The notes: a model not told the origin generated them from the sequence alone. A stretch of 64,000 bases of DNA from Candidatus Levyibacteriota bacterium (GCA_016199085.1 JACQHJ010000002.1:31000-94999); one strand, 5' to 3'; counted from the stretch's first letter, positions 19,186-28,604 are shown. Translations and numbers: made by a program.

Positions 19186-19788
19186 ATGCAAATTCCAAAA
19201 ACAATACAAAAATTAATTGAATCGTTTGAAAAACTGCCGGGAGTTGGTCCAAAAACCGCCCAGCGATTAACTTTTTATCTTTTACACGTTCCTCAGACAG
19301 AACTAGATGAATTTGCTCTTTCTTTATCAAGCTTAAAGAAAAAAACAGTTATCTGTTCAATCTGTAATATGACCGATGAGGTAAACCCCTGCACTATTTG
19401 CAAAAATAGTCTTAGGGATAAAACAACAATCTGCGTAGTGGAACAACCATTGGATGTCTTGGCTTTGGAGAAAAACCAAAGATTTAAAGGCCTTTATCAT
19501 GTACTCCACGGTAAGATTGATCCTTTAAATAATATCGGGCCAGATGAAATATTTATTTCCTCACTATTACAAAGACTTAAGGGTAAAGGTGTTTCAGAGG
19601 TAATTCTGGCTACAAACCCGACAATGGAGGGAGAGGCAACTGCAATGTACATTGCAAAACAGATAAAAGCAAAAGACCTAAGAGTCAAGATCACAAGAAT
19701 TGGAAGAGGTCTTCCAGTCGGAGCTGATTTGGAGTATGCTGATGATATAACACTGCAGCGGGCAATGGAGGGAAGAAGTCAGTATTAA
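19186..19788 (+). CDS. recR: Recombination protein RecR
   Basis: HhH LPGVGPKTAQRL, C4 zinc finger CSICNMTDEVNPCTIC, Toprim region. Confidence 0.85.
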   Translation: MQIPKTIQKLIESFEKLPGVGPKTAQRLTFYLLHVPQTELDEFALSLSSLKKKTVICSICNMTDEVNPCTICKNSLRDKTTICVVEQPLDVLALEKNQRFKGLYHVLHGKIDPLNNIGPDEIFISSLLQRLKGKGVSEVILATNPTMEGEATAMYIAKQIKAKDLRVKITRIGRGLPVGADLEYADDITLQRAMEGRSQY

Positions 19789-19789
19789 T

Positions 19790-20326
19790 ATGGATAAGGT
19801 AAGTCCAATAGGAGAATTATTAGAAAAAGGACAAAGTAATCTAACACAAACAGTAACTGACGTGACAAATTCGGTAAAATCGCAGGTTATCGGCGATCAG
19901 AAAGATCCTTTATCTCAAGCGCCTCGAATTTCCTTAGGAGATGGTCCAGTTCCGGTTGAAGATCCACAAATTTCGGCTCAAAGGACAAAAGCCGTTGTGA
20001 GTGATTTTTATGCCCCTTCAAGCGAAACTGTACAGGCTCCACCCCAAACAAACGAAGGAACTGATGAACAAAAGTTGACAAAAGTAAGACAGGAACTTTT
20101 GACAGAACAGGAAAAACACCAAGCACTGCATGAAGAGGTTTATTACAACCCTTTATTTGCCTATGAACAAAGAAAAGGTCAACAAGAAGAAAGACCGGCT
20201 GAAACGGCCCAAAGACAGCAAATGGAAGACCTACAAAAGAAACACGAACAAAAAGCCAAGACAGATGCGGATATTGCAACGCAGAGAGCCCAGCATCATG
20301 TCGAAATAAGGGCATCGGCGGGATAA
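19790..20326 (+). CDS. Hypothetical low-complexity protein, compositionally atypical (Gln/Glu/Thr/Pro-rich)
   Basis: 178-aa ORF starting 2 nt after the recR stop and ending 8 nt before cysS; no SD; no motif. Confidence 0.35.
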   Translation: MDKVSPIGELLEKGQSNLTQTVTDVTNSVKSQVIGDQKDPLSQAPRISLGDGPVPVEDPQISAQRTKAVVSDFYAPSSETVQAPPQTNEGTDEQKLTKVRQELLTEQEKHQALHEEVYYNPLFAYEQRKGQQEERPAETAQRQQMEDLQKKHEQKAKTDADIATQRAQHHVEIRASAG

Positions 20327-20333
20327 TTTTCTT

Positions 20334-21671
20334 ATGTTAAAGCTCTATAACACAATGACAAAAGGACTTGAGGAATTCGTTCCTCAGGATCCTTCCAGGA
20401 TTACGATGTATACTTGTGGTCCGACGGTCTATGACCATATGCATATAGGAAATCTTCGTACTTTTGTTTTCTCGGATATTTTATTTAGGGTTTTAAGATA
20501 TAATCATTTCAGAGTATCTGCCGTTCAAAACATTACCGATATTGACGACAAAATCATCAAAAGGGCAATGCAGAGGCAAACCACAATTACTGAAATTGCA
20601 AAGGAATACACGGATTTTTTTCTCCAAGACATAAGAAAATTAAACATTAACCCCAAAAACCTTAAAGAACAGCCAAGAGCAACGGAGTATGTTGGGAAAA
20701 TGATTGATTACATTAAGGTTTTAATTGCAAAGGGCTTTGCTTACACGGAAAAAGACGGATCAGTTTATTTTGATATTTCAAAATTTGAGAAATACGGAAA
20801 GCTTTCAGGAGTTGAAAAAAGAGAATTAAAAACAGGAACAAGAATGTTGTCGGATGAATATACAAAAGAAGACGTACAGGATTTTTCTTTATGGAAATCG
20901 GTTGGAGAAAAGGAGGTTGGTTATGAAAGTCCATGGGGAAGAGGGAGACCGGGCTGGCATATTGAGTGTTCTGTTATGAGTCAGACAATTTTAGGGAACA
21001 AATTAGATATCCATGCAGGAGGAATTGATCTTATTTTTCCTCATCATGAAAATGAAATAGCCCAATCTGAGGCAATGACTGGAGAGAGCCCCTTTGTCAA
21101 ATACTGGGTTCATGGAGCGCATATTTTAGTTGACGGAAAGAAGATGAGTAAAAGCTTACATAACTTTTATACCCTTTCTGATTTAGAAGAAAAAAACTTC
21201 CACGCGCTATCCCTTCGTTACCTCTATCTACAAACCCATTATAGGCAGGAAATGAATTTTACATTTGAATCATTAACGGCGGCCCAAAACGCTTTGGAAA
21301 AACTCTGGAGTCAAGTCGCAGTTTATGAAGCCAGTTCGTCAGCTCCAATTAAGGAATATGAAGAAAAGTTTTTAAAAGCTTTAAATGATGACTTGAATAT
21401 GCCTAAAGCTCTCTCTCTTGTCTGGGAGGTAATTAAATCAAATTATAAGCCTGAGGAAAAATACGCAACTTTACTTAATTTTGACCAAATCCTGGGCCTT
21501 TCTTTAAAAGAAGCGGATCTTTTAGTAAAAGTCTTTGAAAAGGAAATGCCATTGGAAGTTAAGAAACTTCTCGAGGACAGAGAACAACTTCGAAGAGAGA
21601 AAAGATATAAGGAAGCTGATAAATTAAGAGACAAAATTATTGAAATGGGATACAAAGTAGAGGATAACTAG
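20334..21671 (+). CDS. cysS: Cysteinyl-tRNA synthetase
   Basis: HMHIGNLRT (HIGH), KMSKSLHNF (KMSKS), zinc ligands CGPTVYD. Confidence 0.85.
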   Translation: MLKLYNTMTKGLEEFVPQDPSRITMYTCGPTVYDHMHIGNLRTFVFSDILFRVLRYNHFRVSAVQNITDIDDKIIKRAMQRQTTITEIAKEYTDFFLQDIRKLNINPKNLKEQPRATEYVGKMIDYIKVLIAKGFAYTEKDGSVYFDISKFEKYGKLSGVEKRELKTGTRMLSDEYTKEDVQDFSLWKSVGEKEVGYESPWGRGRPGWHIECSVMSQTILGNKLDIHAGGIDLIFPHHENEIAQSEAMTGESPFVKYWVHGAHILVDGKKMSKSLHNFYTLSDLEEKNFHALSLRYLYLQTHYRQEMNFTFESLTAAQNALEKLWSQVAVYEASSSAPIKEYEEKFLKALNDDLNMPKALSLVWEVIKSNYKPEEKYATLLNFDQILGLSLKEADLLVKVFEKEMPLEVKKLLEDREQLRREKRYKEADKLRDKIIEMGYKVEDN

Positions 21672-21997
21672 AAATATTCTCCTGGCTAGTTTTTGTGTAA
21701 AAAATAAATTCGAAGCTTAGTTTGTTTTTGAGTTGTGGGTGATTTGAGCTTTTCTTCTGAGCAGTTCTCTTTGGTGGTTGGGGTCGTTCGTTGAGGCTAA
21801 CTGGGGTGCGGGGAGATTGGAGGAGTTCTTAATCGACTTTTCTCCCATCTTTCCAAAAATGATATTTTTGAGAATACCTACCACATTCCTTAGGGTACAG
21901 GAAAAAGCACAAATGTGTCAAGTATTAAAAATCTTATTTTATATTGACAAAGCTTATTAATATATGAGCATAATGATTGTAGGGAGGTGATTAGAGT

Positions 21998-22141
21998 ATG
22001 GCAAAGAAAAAGGCTAAAAGATCTGTATCAAGAAAAAGCAGGTCTTTTGTCGAGTATAACTCACTGACATTTATATTATTTTTAGTTTTTGTCTTATTGG
22101 TTTCAGTCCTTCTGGTTGCAAAAATGGTTGCAGCTAATTAG
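21998..22141 (+). CDS. Small membrane protein (47 aa), predicted
   Basis: ATG preceded by strong SD AGGGAGGTGA at 8 nt spacing; MAKKKAKRSVSRKSRS basic N-terminus then one hydrophobic helix FILFLVFVLLVSVLLVA; below the ORF-track size cutoff. Confidence 0.45.
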   Translation: MAKKKAKRSVSRKSRSFVEYNSLTFILFLVFVLLVSVLLVAKMVAAN

Positions 22142-22153
22142 TTGTCAAATTTT

Positions 22154-23062
22154 ATGCAAGACTTGGGTTACGATAAGCCTCTTTACATTTTGCCGTTTGA
22201 TCATCGCAGTGCTTTTGCTCCGCTTTTCAATGTTACTTCTGCAAGTGACTTAGATTCACTCCAAAGACATGCAATAAAAGAATTAAAAATGCTTATTTAT
22301 AAAGGATTCAAAAAAGCCCTGGATATGGGTATTCCAGCGGAATTTGGCGCAATACTTTGTGATGAAGAGTTTGGCCAGGAAGTTTTAATTGATGCAAAGC
22401 ACAATGGCTTTATTACAATCCTTACAACTGAAAAAAGCGGAGAAAGTGAGTTTAAATTCCAATATCCGGACAGTTTTGAAGATCATATTCTTTCCATGCG
22501 TCCTACATTTGCAAAGGCTTTGGTAAGATATAATCCAAAAGACCCCCAAAACATTAAAGATTCCCAGAAAAAGAACCTAAAGCTTTTAAGTGATTTTTCC
22601 CATCAAGAGAATTTTAAATTCCTTCTTGAGGTACTTATTGTCCCAAATACTAAACAGCTTTCGGAGTTTGCTGATAGGGAAGAATTTGACAGAAATTTAA
22701 GACCGAACTTAGCGGTTGAAGTAATAGATGAGCTGCAAAGCTTTGGTGTAGAGCCTGATGTCTGGAAGCTTGAGGGATTTGAAGAAATAAAAGATTACAA
22801 ACTTGTTTTAGAAGAAATTAAAAAAGATAATAGGGAAAGAGTAGGTCTTGTCATTTTAGGAAGGGGAGCAGCAGAGGAAAAAGTAGAGGAATGGCTAAAG
22901 ATTGGGTCGGGTATCAAAGGCGTTATCGGTTTTGCAGTTGGAAGAACAGTTTTTTGGCAAGCAATTGAAAAGTTTCATAAAGGAGAAGTTGGCAAAGCAG
23001 AAGTTATAGATACGGTTTCTTCTAATTTTTACAAGTTCTACAAAATCTTTACAGGTAAGTAG
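22154..23062 (+). CDS. Class I aldolase-like protein (LacD/tagatose-bisphosphate aldolase or DUF2090-like)
   Basis: N-terminal PLYILPFDHRSAF resembles the LacD-family ALAFDQRGAL motif; sits beside the transketolase genes; assignment tentative. Confidence 0.35.
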   Translation: MQDLGYDKPLYILPFDHRSAFAPLFNVTSASDLDSLQRHAIKELKMLIYKGFKKALDMGIPAEFGAILCDEEFGQEVLIDAKHNGFITILTTEKSGESEFKFQYPDSFEDHILSMRPTFAKALVRYNPKDPQNIKDSQKKNLKLLSDFSHQENFKFLLEVLIVPNTKQLSEFADREEFDRNLRPNLAVEVIDELQSFGVEPDVWKLEGFEEIKDYKLVLEEIKKDNRERVGLVILGRGAAEEKVEEWLKIGSGIKGVIGFAVGRTVFWQAIEKFHKGEVGKAEVIDTVSSNFYKFYKIFTGK

Positions 23063-23063
23063 C

Positions 23064-24050
23064 TTATCTTGTAATTACTTTTTCCACAGCTTCAATTATT
23101 GCGGTTTCATCCATCTTATATTTCCTAAGTAATTCCACGGGTTTTCCACTTTCTCCAAATGTATCCTGCAGTCCTACAAATTCCATAGGAGTTGGGAGGT
23201 TTTTTGCCAAAACTTCGGCTATCATCGATCCCATACCTCCCATAACCTGGTGATCTTCTACGGTTACTACACGGCCTGATTGTCTTGCTAAATCAACTAT
23301 TGTTTTTTCATCTGCCGGTTTTATTGTTGCTAAGTTTGCCACAATTGTATCTATTCCTTTTTGCTCCAAGGCTTTTGCGGAAAGTAAGGCGTAGTAAAGC
23401 ATATAGCCGGTTGCAAAAATCGTTGCCTTGGGATTTTCACTTATCCAAAAGCTTTCAATAGCCCGTTGATTAAAAGGAGTTTTTTCGGAAGTTATGACAG
23501 GTGTTTTATCCCTTGTAAACCTTAGGTAGACAGGGCCCTTGATATTTACAGATTCCAAAGTTATCTTCTTGGCTTCCCAGAAGTCGCAAGGGACGAAAAC
23601 AGTAACACCGGGTAGACTTCTTGTAATAGCAATATCTTCTGTTGCCTGATGTGTGGCTCCGTCTGCGCCAGTTGCAATGCCGCTATGGTGTCCGGCAATT
23701 TTTACGTTGGCATTGTTATAAGCAATTGTCGTTCTTATGGTTTCAAGGTTTTTCCCTGGAGAAAATACAGCGTAAGAGCAAATAAAGGGAATTTTGCCCG
23801 ATATTGCAAGGCCAGCTGCAATAGCTGCCATGTTTTGCTCTGCAACTCCTACTTCAAAAAACCTTTCCGGGAATTTTTTTGCAAATCCTTCGGCTCTTGT
23901 ACTTTCAGACAAATCTGCAGTTAAAACAACAACGTCTTTGTTTTTTTCTCCTAAAGATATAAGAGCGTCTCCAAAGCCGTCTCTTGTTGCTTTCTCATCG
24001 ATTTTGGTCTCAAATATAGCCTGATTTAAAAATAATTTTGGATTTAGCAT
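23064..24050 (-). CDS. tkt: Transketolase, C-terminal (pyrimidine-binding) subunit
   Basis: GFGDALISLGEKNKDVVVLTADLSEST, EVGVAEQNM, GATHQATEDIA motifs of the Tkt Pyr and C-terminal domains; split-gene arrangement with the upstream N-terminal subunit. Confidence 0.85.
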   Translation of the reverse strand: MLNPKLFLNQAIFETKIDEKATRDGFGDALISLGEKNKDVVVLTADLSESTRAEGFAKKFPERFFEVGVAEQNMAAIAAGLAISGKIPFICSYAVFSPGKNLETIRTTIAYNNANVKIAGHHSGIATGADGATHQATEDIAITRSLPGVTVFVPCDFWEAKKITLESVNIKGPVYLRFTRDKTPVITSEKTPFNQRAIESFWISENPKATIFATGYMLYYALLSAKALEQKGIDTIVANLATIKPADEKTIVDLARQSGRVVTVEDHQVMGGMGSMIAEVLAKNLPTPMEFVGLQDTFGESGKPVELLRKYKMDETAIIEAVEKVITR

Positions 24051-24051
24051 A

Positions 24052-24951
24052 CTATCCTTCGTTTTGTATTCTTCCTTGCAATGTTCTTAGTTCTTCGAGT
24101 GCTTTTTTTGCTTGGCTATCGTTTGGCGGTTTTCCATGCCAAGTAAAATCCTTTTCCATAAAAGAAACTCCAAAGCCGGGAATTGTATGGGCAATGATGA
24201 CGGTTGGTTTTTCAAATATACTCTTGGCTTTTGAAACTGCATCAACAAATTCTCTGATATTGTTTCCGTTGACCTCCAAGACTTCCCAGTTAAAGGCAAT
24301 GTATTTGTCCTTTAAAGGCTCCAGCGGCATGACGTTTTCCGTAAAGCCGTCAATTTGAATATTGTTTCGATCAATTATCAAAGTTAAGTTGTTTAATTTT
24401 GCTTTTCCTGCAAACATTACAGCTTCCCACGTATTTCCTTCTTCTTGTTCTCCGTCTGAGGCTATCACAAAAGTGTGATATTTTTTCTTATCCAGCTTTG
24501 CAGAAAGTGCAATTCCAATTCCTTGAGATAGTCCTTCTCCCAAAGGCCCGGAAGTTGTTTCAAGTCCTGGTAGGGAGTTTCTGTGAGGATGTCCCTGAAG
24601 TCTTGAGTTTATTTTCCTCAATGTTTTTAGTTCTTCCTTTTCGAAATATCCGCTCATTGCCATAACCGCGTATCTGATAGGGCAGATGTGTCCGTTTGAT
24701 AAAATTAACCTGTCTCTATCTCTTAAATCAGGCTTTTTTGGATCGTGGTTTAAGATGTGGAAATATAAAGCTACAAATATATCAGCCATACCCAAAGGTC
24801 CTGCGCTATGTCCAGAGCCTGCCTCCAAAAGCATTTCTATCACAAGCTTTCTTGCTTCAACAGCTTTTAGCTCTAATTCTTTGAGTTTGTCGTCTAGCAA
24901 TAGGGGAGTATCCATATATTTTATATTAGCATTAAAGTTGACTATTAACAA
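24052..24951 (-). CDS. tkt: Transketolase, N-terminal (TPP-binding) subunit
   Basis: GSGHSAGPLGMADIFVALYF, ILSNGHICPIRYAVMA, DGEQEEGNTWEA TPP-binding motifs. Confidence 0.85.
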   Translation of the reverse strand: MLIVNFNANIKYMDTPLLLDDKLKELELKAVEARKLVIEMLLEAGSGHSAGPLGMADIFVALYFHILNHDPKKPDLRDRDRLILSNGHICPIRYAVMAMSGYFEKEELKTLRKINSRLQGHPHRNSLPGLETTSGPLGEGLSQGIGIALSAKLDKKKYHTFVIASDGEQEEGNTWEAVMFAGKAKLNNLTLIIDRNNIQIDGFTENVMPLEPLKDKYIAFNWEVLEVNGNNIREFVDAVSKAKSIFEKPTVIIAHTIPGFGVSFMEKDFTWHGKPPNDSQAKKALEELRTLQGRIQNEG

Positions 24952-24974
24952 AAATAGGCCTATAATATTTAACC

Positions 24975-25343
24975 ATGACAGTTGAAATTCAAAGACAAGG
25001 TTTGGATCAATTCGGGCAAATAGATTTTACTCCTCAGTTAGTGGGACAAATGGAGCCTGGGGGAAGAAACATGGGAATTATTCATCACCGTAAAGACGGT
25101 AAAGAATCAGGATATGTACTGGTTCATGCTGAAAGAGAAGCTAGGATTTATAGACTGACTCCTGGAACATTTAGAACGGTATGGAAAGGTAAGCATATGT
25201 TGCAGCTTCTCGTCGATGAGAGGACAGTTACGGATTTTCCCATGAGACTTTTTGCAACGCTTACGCAAGATCGTCCACAAAGATGTATTTTAGTAAGGGA
25301 AGAGGATGGTCAAAAGGCCTTTTACAGATTTAGGTTTAGGTAA
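24975..25343 (+). CDS. Hypothetical protein, compositionally atypical
   Basis: 122-aa ORF, Arg/Gln/Thr-rich, no motif; first of three adjacent atypical ORFs. Confidence 0.35.
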   Translation: MTVEIQRQGLDQFGQIDFTPQLVGQMEPGGRNMGIIHHRKDGKESGYVLVHAEREARIYRLTPGTFRTVWKGKHMLQLLVDERTVTDFPMRLFATLTQDRPQRCILVREEDGQKAFYRFRFR

Positions 25344-25344
25344 T

Positions 25345-25770
25345 TTATCTCTTTGTTAATTTTGCAAACCCTTCAATTTTATCTCTGATAAGCGTTGTTG
25401 CGGGTGCAAGAGCTTCACTTATAGGATTAGGTGTTTCCATAACAGGGTGTCTTTTTATAAATGCATTCATTGCTTCTGTCCTATCAGCGCCATTAAGTAT
25501 ACTCATACGCGTTGACCAAAAATCATCCACTATCCCCATATGAGGTTTTATGTCTCTTTTAAATCTGGGCATTTTTCTTATCGAGTCATAAGTTTCTCTT
25601 TGAAGCTTATCTTTTGGAGATAAAGGTGTTGGTGGGGCAACATAAATTTCACTACCTAATTTTTTCGCAGCAGCTATCTTTCTTCGTCTTTCTATGGAAG
25701 CACCTTTTGATCTTTTACTTCTTTCTAACTGGGATCCTGCCATATTATCTGTTCCCTTTTCCGAGGCCAT
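25345..25770 (-). CDS. Hypothetical protein, compositionally atypical (basic N-terminus)
   Basis: 141-aa ORF convergent with and 2 nt from 24975..25343; KRSKGASIERRRKIAAAKK basic patch. Confidence 0.35.
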   Translation of the reverse strand: MASEKGTDNMAGSQLERSKRSKGASIERRRKIAAAKKLGSEIYVAPPTPLSPKDKLQRETYDSIRKMPRFKRDIKPHMGIVDDFWSTRMSILNGADRTEAMNAFIKRHPVMETPNPISEALAPATTLIRDKIEGFAKLTKR

Positions 25771-25808
25771 AGTAGCATAATAGATTATTGATTACAAGAA
25801 AGTTTTAT

Positions 25809-26180
25809 CTATCTATTTCTTGTAGCGGCTTTTCTTCTTCTTTCGTGTACAGCCCATCCATGAGACGGTCTTTCAGATTCGTGGGTAACAGCCTCCCTTA
25901 TTATGCGGAAGTGAGCGGAAAATGTTCTATTGCGAGGGTCATCAGAGTTGGGTTTTTCGGGTTTTTCTCCTGCCGCTACGGCTGTGTAAACAGTTTCAAA
26001 ATAACTTCTGAGAAAATCCTGGTTGTTGACAAAAAGACCGTGAAGACGGCGTTTGTTATGCGTTCGTAATTCAAGCATTCCTTTTGCTGTATCCCAAGAC
26101 GTTGTCGTTAATCTTCTTGCTCTTGCAGTAGATGTGTCAACAGTTTGTCTTGGGGAAAATCTTACTCTTTCTACAGTCAT
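25809..26180 (-). CDS. Hypothetical protein, compositionally atypical (Arg/Thr-rich)
   Basis: 123-aa ORF; no motif. Confidence 0.35.
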   Translation of the reverse strand: MTVERVRFSPRQTVDTSTARARRLTTTSWDTAKGMLELRTHNKRRLHGLFVNNQDFLRSYFETVYTAVAAGEKPEKPNSDDPRNRTFSAHFRIIREAVTHESERPSHGWAVHERRRKAATRNR

Positions 26181-26263
26181 ATTTATATTGGGGCAAGTTG
26201 AGAAATATTATCACATAGTAATTGCAAATACAATAAGATCTAAAATTTGCTAAAATAAGATTC

Positions 26264-26926
26264 ATGTCAAAGGACGGAAGAGTTTGGTTATCGCATACGT
26301 CTTTGGAAGTGTTACAAAGATGTCCCAGGTGTTTTTGGCTGCAGGTTAGAAAAGGCATAAGACAGCCCGAGGGGATTGTTTCAAGGCTTGCCAATAGGTT
26401 TGACGTTGTTGTCAAAAACTATTTCGATAATTACAGAATAGATGGCAAATTCCCTCCTATGGTTGACGGAAAACTACCAGGCATTCTCCAAAACCCGTTT
26501 GTAGAAAAGTACTTTGTGAGGATAAATGAAAAGTACGGTTTTTACGGAAAACTCGATGAATGCTTGGTCGATGAGGAGAAAAGACTAACGCCTGTTGATT
26601 TCAAGACTTCAAGCTCAGATCCTAGAGAAAAAGAAACACTTGATGCATATAAAACTCAGATTGACGATTACGTATTCTTGATTTCTCAAAACGGGAAAAA
26701 AGTCACAGGGGAAGGGTATCTTGTATATTTTTATCCGGATGTCAGCGTCGAGCTCCATAACGGTTTTCCGATGATAATCCATATTCAAAAACTTTTGGGA
26801 AACCCCGATAATACTAGAAAAAGAATTGAAAATGCGATTAAGGTGCTAGAGGGAAACGGTGTGCCTGATTCAAATCCGGAGTGTGTTTTTTGCAAGTATA
26901 TAGATCTAAGGAAAGTAGAAGAATAA
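26264..26926 (+). CDS. PD-(D/E)XK nuclease, Cas4/RecB-like with Cys cluster (DUF83-like)
   Basis: N-terminal CPRC and C-terminal CVFCKY cysteines (Cas4-type 4Fe-4S ligand layout), DFKTS D/ExK motif; no cas genes or repeats nearby. Confidence 0.45.
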   Translation: MSKDGRVWLSHTSLEVLQRCPRCFWLQVRKGIRQPEGIVSRLANRFDVVVKNYFDNYRIDGKFPPMVDGKLPGILQNPFVEKYFVRINEKYGFYGKLDECLVDEEKRLTPVDFKTSSSDPREKETLDAYKTQIDDYVFLISQNGKKVTGEGYLVYFYPDVSVELHNGFPMIIHIQKLLGNPDNTRKRIENAIKVLEGNGVPDSNPECVFCKYIDLRKVEE

Positions 26927-26940
26927 TTTGAGGATAAGAG

Positions 26941-26985
26941 CATTAAAAGTATTTAACTTCCTTTAAATCCATTAAATACTTTTAA
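26941..26985. repeat. 15-bp perfect inverted repeat ATTAAAAGTATTTAA / TTAAATACTTTTAAT separated by 15 nt
   Basis: Seen directly in the intergenic region between the Cas4-like gene and the ECF sigma gene; possible weak terminator or operator. Confidence 0.4.
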
Positions 26986-26991
26986 TTTAGG

Positions 26992-27066
26992 CTTAAATCT
27001 TAAGAAATCTACCATAGAAATGGGCCAAAAAATCTTCAATTGAGTCTAAAAATCTTACCAAGTCCA
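26992..27066 (-). CDS. Very small ORF (24 aa, MDLVRFLDSIEDFLAHFYGRFLKI) with strong RBS, speculative
   Basis: AAGGAGGTG 6 nt upstream of the ATG on the minus strand; stop abuts a 15-bp perfect inverted repeat (26941-26955 / 26971-26985); coordinates approximate. Confidence 0.2.
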
Positions 27067-27235
27067 TTTTACACCTCCTTTCCTTGTTTAGGTTAGTTTA
27101 TAACGAAACTTAAGATACTGCGTTACATCTAGTGGAACGGAATTTTAAGAATTTGGTAAGAAGAAAATAAGAGTATGTTAAGAAGAGCTATAAGTTTGGC
27201 AATAATCGATGAAAGTTATGGTAATATTTTTGTAA

Positions 27236-27742
27236 ATGTCATCACAACTTACATTCGAATCTTTATATCTCAAATACTCGGACCGGATCTACAGATATGT
27301 TTATCTCAATCTAAACGATCCGTATCTTTCAGAGGATATTACAAGCGAGGTATTTTTAAGAGTTTGGAAGAGATGGAGTAAGATCAGACAAGACTTTATA
27401 CAGGCTCTGTTATATAAGATTGCAAGAAATATAATAGTAGATCATTACAGAAAAAAGAAAAACAAGAGGCAAATATCATTGGAGGAGTCGGTCGAGAGAG
27501 GGATTGAACCTTTCTACGAACAGGAGTTTATTGAAAAAATTCATAAAGACAATAATATCCAAAGATTAAATGCTCAAATAAAGCTTTTGCCCGCCAATTT
27601 AAGAGACGTTTTAATCTTAAGATTTGTAGATGATCTTTCAGCCAAAGAAGTAGGTGAGATTATGAAAATATCAGAGGTAAACGTTAGGGTTTTACAATAT
27701 CGGGCAATAAAAAAACTTAAAGAGGTAATCAAAAATGAGTAA
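27236..27742 (+). CDS. ECF-type RNA polymerase sigma factor (sigma-70 family, regions 2 and 4)
   Basis: Region 2 ITSEVFLRVWKRW...IARNIIVDHYRK and region 4 HTH LPANLRDVLILRFVDDLSAKEVGEIMKISEVNVRVLQYRAIKKL; TGgTAATAT extended -10 about 10 nt upstream. Confidence 0.8.
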   Translation: MSSQLTFESLYLKYSDRIYRYVYLNLNDPYLSEDITSEVFLRVWKRWSKIRQDFIQALLYKIARNIIVDHYRKKKNKRQISLEESVERGIEPFYEQEFIEKIHKDNNIQRLNAQIKLLPANLRDVLILRFVDDLSAKEVGEIMKISEVNVRVLQYRAIKKLKEVIKNE

Positions 27743-28487
27743 GGACGATCTTATTGGGGAATTTATAGATCAGGGGGCATCTGAAAAAGAGGCAGAAGAG
27801 TTGTATCTTTTCTTAAAGAACTTTAAGAATCTTTTGGATATTAAAAGACCTTTAAAAACAAAGCAAAGCTTTTTAAATAAACTTAACAAAAAAAAGGTTG
27901 ATAACTATCAATTCCCAAAGTTTCCAAGAAAATTTGTCTTTGTTCTTTCTATCATACTTCTGTTTCTTATTGTAAGCGGATCTCTAGTAGGTGCACAGGC
28001 AAGTAAGCCTGGAGAGCTTTTGTATCCTCTAAAACAACTTACGAATTCTGTCTCATCCTTTATAGGACAATCAATACATAGAGAGGCATTAAAATCAGAT
28101 GGGGAGGGTCAACAGAACTCTCCTACTCCAATTGAAACCTGGGGAGATAATTCAACAGACGAGAATAAAAATGATTTAAAAGAGAATGAGAAAAAAGAAT
28201 CTAAAGATTTGGAATCAGGAAGAGATATTTTAAACAAAGATAATAAAGATGATAAAAAGGAGGTTTTGGGAGTAGAGGATAAGAATTCAGGGAAGCCTGA
28301 AGATACAATTCCAACCGTAGTTGAAGAAGTAAAGGACATAAAGGAGGAGAAAAAAGACCAATCATCTAATAATCAAAACAGTAATTCAACAACAACGATT
28401 GGACAAACAGCGGGTCAGGTAGTTGGAAATACAGGGGACACAGTCGGTAATGTTGTTAAAGACACTAGGAATATTTTGGGACTTTAA
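27735..28487 (+). CDS. Putative anti-sigma factor (single-pass membrane protein with low-complexity Lys/Asp/Glu/Asn-rich extracytoplasmic tail)
   Basis: Overlaps the sigma stop by 8 nt (translational coupling); one TM helix FVFVLSIILLFLIVSGSLVGA; position typical of anti-sigma. Confidence 0.5.
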   Translation: MSKDDLIGEFIDQGASEKEAEELYLFLKNFKNLLDIKRPLKTKQSFLNKLNKKKVDNYQFPKFPRKFVFVLSIILLFLIVSGSLVGAQASKPGELLYPLKQLTNSVSSFIGQSIHREALKSDGEGQQNSPTPIETWGDNSTDENKNDLKENEKKESKDLESGRDILNKDNKDDKKEVLGVEDKNSGKPEDTIPTVVEEVKDIKEEKKDQSSNNQNSNSTTTIGQTAGQVVGNTGDTVGNVVKDTRNILGL

Positions 28488-28604
28488 TAACGACTTAGGA
28501 ATGTAACAGATTGCCCTCAAGTTTCGTCTTCATTTTAAGAATTAAAATAAACTCTTCAATTGTTGATTCTGGCTTCAAATAGGAGTATAATTCTAACGCC
28601 CCAA

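Noticed and set aside
28560-28604. TTG start for the AlkD-like gene as given by the ORF track
   Set aside because: Family homology begins near MLKKLKIDIKKSANPKKASFLQRFFKT. The in-frame ATG at 28605 is a more plausible start than the upstream TTG.
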